A stretch of DNA of 52,349 nucleotides from Candidatus Eiseniibacteriota bacterium (GTDB lineage Bacteria > Joyebacterota > Joyebacteria > Joyebacterales > Joyebacteraceae): positions 1 to 52,349 of the forward strand of contig JAUWLR010000003.1 of NCBI GenBank assembly GCA_030613615.1, given 5' to 3'. The notes beneath the pieces are model-generated. The model was not told the DNA's origin. It saw nothing but the letters and a program-made list of their open reading frames with translations, and searched no databases. The position numbers and the translations under genes were made by a program. Positions 47,028 through 52,349 of this stretch are shown piece after piece (position 1 is the first letter of the stretch; the number at the start of each line of letters is the position of its first letter).

Positions 47028-48395
47028 CTAGGCCGGTATCCGGGGACTGATGGCCGCGATCTCAGCGGACTCCTCGTCCCGATCGGCCTCGCGCGCGACC
47101 CGGACGCCCTCATCGACGTCGACACGCGTGAGGACGATGGCGCCCGCGATGAAGAAGATGATGACCGAGAGGATGGAGAACCGGCTCTGGCCGGTGACCT
47201 GGCTCACGAGCCCGAAGACCAACGGCCCGACGATGCCGGCGAACTTGGCGGAGAGGCTGAAGAACCCGAAGAACTCGGCCGAGCGGCTCTTGGGGACCAT
47301 CGACCCGTAGAGCGAGCGCGACAGCGCGCCGGCGCCGCCCTGCACGGTGCCGACGACGAGCGCGAGGACGTAGAAGTGGAGCGCGGTCTTCATGAAGAAC
47401 GCCGAGAAGCTCACGCCCGCATAGATGGCGAGCGTCAGCAGTATTGAGCGCTTCGCCCCAAACCTGCCGGCGTGCCGGCTGAACAGAAACGTGAACGGCA
47501 CGGCGACGAACTGGGTGATGACGAGCGCGAGCATCATATCGGTGATGCCGATACCTATCTCATCGCCGTATGCGGTCGCCATGCGGATGATGGTGCCGAT
47601 CCCGTCGCTGTAGACCCAGAAGGCGACGAGGAACACGGAGAGCTGCCTGTACTTCCGCACCTCCCCGAAGGTGCGTGCCAGGCGCGAGAATCCCTCCAGC
47701 AGGACGGCGCGATCGGGCCCGCTCCTCCTCTTCGCGTTGGCGCGCGGCTCCGGGACTCTCGCAAAGAAGGGGATGGAGAAGATCGCCCACCAGATGGCCA
47801 CGCTCAGGAAGGACGCCCTGAGCGCGAAGCCGATGTCGGGCATTCCGAACCACTCGGGGTGCGAGACCCAGAGCACGTTGATGGCAAGCAGCGTGCCTCC
47901 GCCCAGGTAGCCGATGGCGTAGCCGCGCGATGAGACCGCGTCGATGGTCTCCTTCGTCGTGATGTGCGGAAGCAGCGATTCGTAGAAGACTATGGAGCCG
48001 GAGAATCCGATGGCGGCGATCATGTACAGGAGCGATGCCAGCGACCACGTGTCGTCGCCTATGAAGATGAACGCCGCGGTCGCCACGATGCCGATCCCGG
48101 CGAAGATGCCGAGGTACCTCTTCTTCCCCCCGGTGAAATCGGAGACGGCTCCCAGGAGCGGCGAGATGACCGCGCCTATCAGGAGCGCGGCGGCGGCGGT
48201 GTAGGCCCAGAACGCGGTCGCGTCACGGACGGGAAGTCCGGCGTTTATCACGAGCGAACGGAAGAACGGCGGGAAGAGCGCCGACATGAGCGTCGTCGCG
48301 AATGGCGAGTTCGCCCAGTCGTACATGCACCACGCGGTGATGACGCGGTCGCTGATCCCCACAGAGAGGCTGCGTGGCGGCTTGGGCACGTCCAT
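47028..48395 (-). CDS. MFS transporter, UMF1/ATG22-like family
   Basis: WCMYDWANSPF, FYESLLPHI, SSRGYAIGYLGG, ALSRSLY, EFFGFF. Confidence 0.92.
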   Translation of the reverse strand: MDVPKPPRSLSVGISDRVITAWCMYDWANSPFATTLMSALFPPFFRSLVINAGLPVRDATAFWAYTAAAALLIGAVISPLLGAVSDFTGGKKRYLGIFAGIGIVATAAFIFIGDDTWSLASLLYMIAAIGFSGSIVFYESLLPHITTKETIDAVSSRGYAIGYLGGGTLLAINVLWVSHPEWFGMPDIGFALRASFLSVAIWWAIFSIPFFARVPEPRANAKRRSGPDRAVLLEGFSRLARTFGEVRKYRQLSVFLVAFWVYSDGIGTIIRMATAYGDEIGIGITDMMLALVITQFVAVPFTFLFSRHAGRFGAKRSILLTLAIYAGVSFSAFFMKTALHFYVLALVVGTVQGGAGALSRSLYGSMVPKSRSAEFFGFFSLSAKFAGIVGPLVFGLVSQVTGQSRFSILSVIIFFIAGAIVLTRVDVDEGVRVAREADRDEESAEIAAISPRIPA

Positions 48396-48630
48396 TCCTG
48401 AGTTACGGTGATTCCGGTCGATTCACCGGAATTGCAATGGCAGGTGGCCTCGTTCAAGCCACCTCAAATGACAGACTCGCAGATGTCGTCGGAAGATGCA
48501 AGGATAAATGACCAAGGGCCATCACACCCTGCGCTGAGTCCCGGTGTCCAACAGACAGGAGCACGGCCCGAGTGGAGCGATGACTCCTATCACTTGCTGG
48601 GATACCCTCTACCTTCAGGAGGTGACGAAC

Positions 48631-50226
48631 ATGGCACTGAGAACTCAGGTGCTGGCGGCGGTCGTCCTTGCGGCGTTCGCCATGGCCGCCGCGGCGGCCG
48701 CCACGCAAGGAGCCACCGACATGGAACTGGACATCCTCAGGGTCTGCGAGGGCGTCATCCAGCTCTTCGCAAGTCACGCCGCCGACATCTGGCCTGGATA
48801 CGACCTGTCCGAGCGACCGTTCCTCGTATACATCCCGGAGCGATGGGCGCTCATCCTGAACTGCGGGAACGAAGCCGAGGGGTTCGGGCCGCCTCCGCCG
48901 AGCTGGCCAGATGTCGGTACCGACATGTGCTACAAGGAGGGCCAGGTCGGGAATCTCGTCGGGCAACTCGCGTTCGGCTACGACGCCGGCGGGGTACGGA
49001 CCGTCGCCGTCGGCTTCCCGGAGTCGATGTCGGAGTCCTTCGAGGACCTCGAGCTCAAGATGTTCGGGTACGTCGTCCATGAGGCATTCCACGAGTATCA
49101 GGACGAGGTCTTCGGCGACATCGAGTGGGCGAGAGAGCAGGAGTATCCGATCGAGGACGTGGAGAACGCGGCTCTCGCCTACCTCGAGATGGCTCTTCTG
49201 GTAGAAGCTATCGAGGCCGCGTGGGCGGACGACGCACACGTTGCGAATGAGGCCACGGCGCAGTTCGTCGCCGTGCGAGCGCACAGGTGGGCGCGCGCAG
49301 ACGGCTTCATCGCGACGTACGAGGGCGGCAAGGAGACGAGAGAGGGTACGGCCCGCTACGTTGAGCTTCGCTGCCTCGACTTCGCCAGGGTACTGGACTA
49401 CGAGTCGTCGGTGCCGGGTGCCCCTCCCCTCAGGGACGACCTGGCGCACGCGGCGCTGCCGGGATACCTGCTCGACGACTTCCGCGACTCGATGGTGGAC
49501 GGCGCCATCCCGATGGAAGACCTCCCGCGCAACAGGATCTACCCGGTTGCGAGCGCTCAGGGATTCCTGCTCGACTACTTCGACGTCGACTGGCAGCCGG
49601 AGGCGGAGCAGTCCACACGGGACTTCACCTACGCGCGCCTGCTCGGGGAGCGGCTGGGACTGAGCCAAGAGGATCACGCCGCGCTCATCGAGGCCGCCAA
49701 GGCGCGGCACGGCTACCCCGAACTCCTGGCCGCGGCCGGAAGGTCGATAGAGAGTCACCTCACCGCGTACCGTGAGGCGCTGGCGGTGTTCGAGCAACAG
49801 CAGGGAAGCAGGATCGAGATCGCATTCGACACCAACGGGCTCTATCGGTCGCGCGCGACCTCAGCCACCAGGCTCGTTGTAGACCGGGGTGCGCACGAGC
49901 TCTGCGACCGCTACGACGTCTACACGCTCGAGCGCGACGGGACCTTCTTCGAGCTCCATGGTGTAGGTCTGCTTGAGGTGAACGACTACGACGGATACAG
50001 GAAGACCGTTGTGTTCTACGCCCCGGACGTCGAGACGGTCACCGTGGACGGAGATGCGATCGCCGCACCGGCCTCCGCCACTCCAGTCCCGAACGAGCGC
50101 GATGCCGAAGTACGGCACTTCACGGCACTCCGGATAGCCGGCGACGGGTTCGAGCTCACCCACGAGGGCCCCGGCACCATCGCGGTCGATGCGAGTGGAA
50201 TAGTCGTGGACCTGACGGCGGAGTAG
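48631..50226 (+). CDS. Secreted hypothetical protein, putative gluzincin-like metallopeptidase
   Basis: RBS AGGAGG, signal peptide, HEAFH (HExxH) and downstream EGTARYVE. Confidence 0.7.
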   Translation: MALRTQVLAAVVLAAFAMAAAAAATQGATDMELDILRVCEGVIQLFASHAADIWPGYDLSERPFLVYIPERWALILNCGNEAEGFGPPPPSWPDVGTDMCYKEGQVGNLVGQLAFGYDAGGVRTVAVGFPESMSESFEDLELKMFGYVVHEAFHEYQDEVFGDIEWAREQEYPIEDVENAALAYLEMALLVEAIEAAWADDAHVANEATAQFVAVRAHRWARADGFIATYEGGKETREGTARYVELRCLDFARVLDYESSVPGAPPLRDDLAHAALPGYLLDDFRDSMVDGAIPMEDLPRNRIYPVASAQGFLLDYFDVDWQPEAEQSTRDFTYARLLGERLGLSQEDHAALIEAAKARHGYPELLAAAGRSIESHLTAYREALAVFEQQQGSRIEIAFDTNGLYRSRATSATRLVVDRGAHELCDRYDVYTLERDGTFFELHGVGLLEVNDYDGYRKTVVFYAPDVETVTVDGDAIAAPASATPVPNERDAEVRHFTALRIAGDGFELTHEGPGTIAVDASGIVVDLTAE

Positions 50227-50436
50227 CACCGGTGCCGAATCGTGGTTGATCTCCCCATCAGGTAGCTCCCGCATGGCGGGGTGCAGCGGCGCGCGACACA
50301 GTGCTGCACCGTGCGTCTCCCGAACCCTTGCGTCCTGACGAGCGCGCTTCTTGGCGCGGCGCACCGATTGTGGTATCCTCAAGATGTACTCATAACGCGA
50401 GTCCGACACTGCCCACCATCCACGGAGGACCCCACC

Positions 50437-51957
50437 ATGAGAACGACCATCGCGGTGCTGCTGCTCCTCGCCTGCACGCTGACCGCCGCGGCGCAGGTGA
50501 ACGGCCACGTCCAGGTCATCGACGGCAAGCCGATACTCACGGTCTGGGGAACTCATGCCGAGCGCGGGTACGCCCAGGGCTACCTCAAGGGCGTCGAGGG
50601 CAAGGAGATGTTCGACGACTACATCGTCGGCTACTGCTGTGGCGGGTCAGTGCTGACGTACTACTTCATGCGCCTCCACTACACCAGCAACTACGCGGTC
50701 GACGCGAAGTACCAGGCGGAAGTGGACGCCGTCCTTCAGGGCATGTCCGACGCAGGCTTGAGCCTCTACAACAGCACTCTCATGAGGGACATCGACGCGA
50801 CCGACATGCTCGTCGCGAATGCCATCGTCGACCTGAGCACGTTGGCCTCGGCCGCGCCCTTCGCGTGCTCCAGCATGTCGAGCTGGGGCGGAACCACCAT
50901 TGCCGATCCGTTCCTCGACGGGCACCTCGTCATGACGAGGCTCCTCGACTGGAGCAAGCACCCCACGCTCACGGACAATCCGCTCCTTACCGTCCACTTC
51001 CCGTCGGAGGCTGACGAGCAGCCGTGGATCTCGATCGGCTACGCGGGCCTCTTCGGGGCGCTCTCCGCCATCAGTGAGTCCGGCGTGTCGGCCTCTCTCA
51101 ACATGGGCAACAACGAGAGCAGCACGGGCGGCGCTCCGTACCACCCGATCCTCCTGACCCTGCGAAACGGGATCGAGGGCGCGGACTACGACGGCAGCGG
51201 GCAGCACGCCCCGGACGACGTGGTCGCCGCCATCGCGGACCGCGCGCGCAACATAGACACCATCGTCCACGTGACGAAGGACAAGGGACTGGGGTCGAGA
51301 CCCATCGTCATCGAGTCGAATAACGAGGCGGGCGTCGCCGTACGCGATGCGTCCGATAACACCGCGGTGCCCGGCGACCACCTCGTGGCGACGAACCACT
51401 TCCGCACTCTCTACCCGCCGGTCTACTGCTACCGCTACGCCGGCATCGTCGACTCGCTCACGGTGAGCACCGACATGACGTGCGGGCGAAGCTGGTCGGT
51501 GATGGCCGGCGCGGCGGGGACGTTCGGCTCGAACATCCAGTGCATCCAGTACGTCGAGTCGGAGGGACTGCTGCTCTGGTCGATGGACACCTACTCGCAG
51601 CCGGCCTACACCGAACCGCCGACGGAGCTGTCCGTCTGGGACCTCTTCGGCTGCCAGATGGGTGTGGACGGCGCGGCCGGGGCGCCCGTGCTGAGACAGA
51701 ACTCCCCCAACCCGTTCAATCCCAGAACCGAGATCGCCTTCGGGCTCCAGGAGCCGTCCCTGTGCAGGCTCAACATCTACGACGTGAGCGGTCGTCGGGT
51801 GGCGACGCTGCTCGATGAGCTTCGCGGGCCCGGGACTCACCGGGTCGAGTGGGACGGCAGGACGGACGAGGGCATCGAGGTGGGAACCGGCGTCTACCTC
51901 TACCGGCTCGAGACGGACCGGGGGACTTTTGAGCGGAAGATGCTGCTGCTGAAGTAG
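50437..51957 (+). CDS. Secreted C45/Ntn-hydrolase family protein with FlgD-Ig/T9SS-like C-terminal domain
   Basis: GTHAERGYAQG, A-C-SSMSSWG (nucleophile Cys), TRLLDW, ATNHF; C-terminal PNPFNP...YDVSGR...KMLLLK. Confidence 0.85.
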   Translation: MRTTIAVLLLLACTLTAAAQVNGHVQVIDGKPILTVWGTHAERGYAQGYLKGVEGKEMFDDYIVGYCCGGSVLTYYFMRLHYTSNYAVDAKYQAEVDAVLQGMSDAGLSLYNSTLMRDIDATDMLVANAIVDLSTLASAAPFACSSMSSWGGTTIADPFLDGHLVMTRLLDWSKHPTLTDNPLLTVHFPSEADEQPWISIGYAGLFGALSAISESGVSASLNMGNNESSTGGAPYHPILLTLRNGIEGADYDGSGQHAPDDVVAAIADRARNIDTIVHVTKDKGLGSRPIVIESNNEAGVAVRDASDNTAVPGDHLVATNHFRTLYPPVYCYRYAGIVDSLTVSTDMTCGRSWSVMAGAAGTFGSNIQCIQYVESEGLLLWSMDTYSQPAYTEPPTELSVWDLFGCQMGVDGAAGAPVLRQNSPNPFNPRTEIAFGLQEPSLCRLNIYDVSGRRVATLLDELRGPGTHRVEWDGRTDEGIEVGTGVYLYRLETDRGTFERKMLLLK

Positions 51958-52070
51958 TGCCCCGCGAGCCAGGAATCCACGCGACCCCGAGTCAGTTGAC
52001 CCGGGGGCGTGTTTGCGTTCGGGAAGCTCGACTTCGGTGATCCGGCGGCGTGACTGCCGTCGGCCACGCG

Positions 52071-52349
52071 CTACAACGTCTTCTCCTTCTGCATCACCGC
52101 CAGCGCGACCTTCTCCGCTGTGACCGGCATCGACTTGATGCGGACCCCGAGCGCGTCCTCGACGGCGTTCGCGATCATCGGCGCCGCCGGGATCATCGTG
52201 TGCTCCCCCACTCCGCGCGCCCCGAACGGCCCGTCGGGCTGCGGCACCTCGATGATGATGGGGATCATCTCGTCCGGGACGTCGAGTGAGGTCGGTATCT
52301 TGTAGTCGGTGAAGTTCGGATTGAGGAGCCTGCCCTTCTCGTCGAACCG
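52071..52349 (-). CDS. Xanthine/CO dehydrogenase family molybdopterin-binding subunit, C-terminal part (partial)
   Basis: LLNPNFTDYKIPTSLDVP...GPFGARGVGE...APMIANAVEDALGVRI.SMPVTAEKV. Confidence 0.92.
   Translation of the reverse strand, partial: RFDEKGRLLNPNFTDYKIPTSLDVPDEMIPIIIEVPQPDGPFGARGVGEHTMIPAAPMIANAVEDALGVRIKSMPVTAEKVALAVMQKEKTL

Noticed and set aside
48408-48470. Two hairpins in the divergent MFS/HExxH intergenic region as an ncRNA
   Set aside because: Short stems only (attccggt/accggaat, aggtggc/gccacct); not enough evidence for a defined RNA.

Overview
High-GC bacterial chromosomal window. I found no rRNA, tRNA, CRISPR array, transposase or integrase. The gene content (FlgD-Ig/T9SS-like C-terminal domains, a C-terminal 'WGxIKxxY' tail, and the order yicC-remA-gmk-rpoZ-coaBC-udg...dnaB-mlaEFD) suggests an FCB-group candidate phylum such as Eisenbacteria or Latescibacteria; this is inference. 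The left part (1-11 kb) is housekeeping, with tandem-repeat expansions inside several genes. The middle (11-37 kb) is rich in peptidases (serpin, S9, two C1, CPBP, tricorn, S41) and carries ribosome-rescue genes (NFACT/RqcH, ArfB, Smr). The most striking feature is at 37.3-46.4 kb on the minus strand. A sigma70-like promoter is followed by a 19-codon leader ORF ending in EGPPS, which sits in mutually exclusive RNA pairings typical of an attenuator. Next come a small membrane protein and a 61-aa collapsed GNAT mini-ORF, then eight consecutive GNAT acetyltransferase genes. Seven of these are two-domain paralogs that vary at putative acceptor-pocket positions. A second mini-ORF, which mimics the signal peptide of the downstream gene, precedes the S41/tricorn genes. 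A shared ECF-like promoter motif occurs four times.
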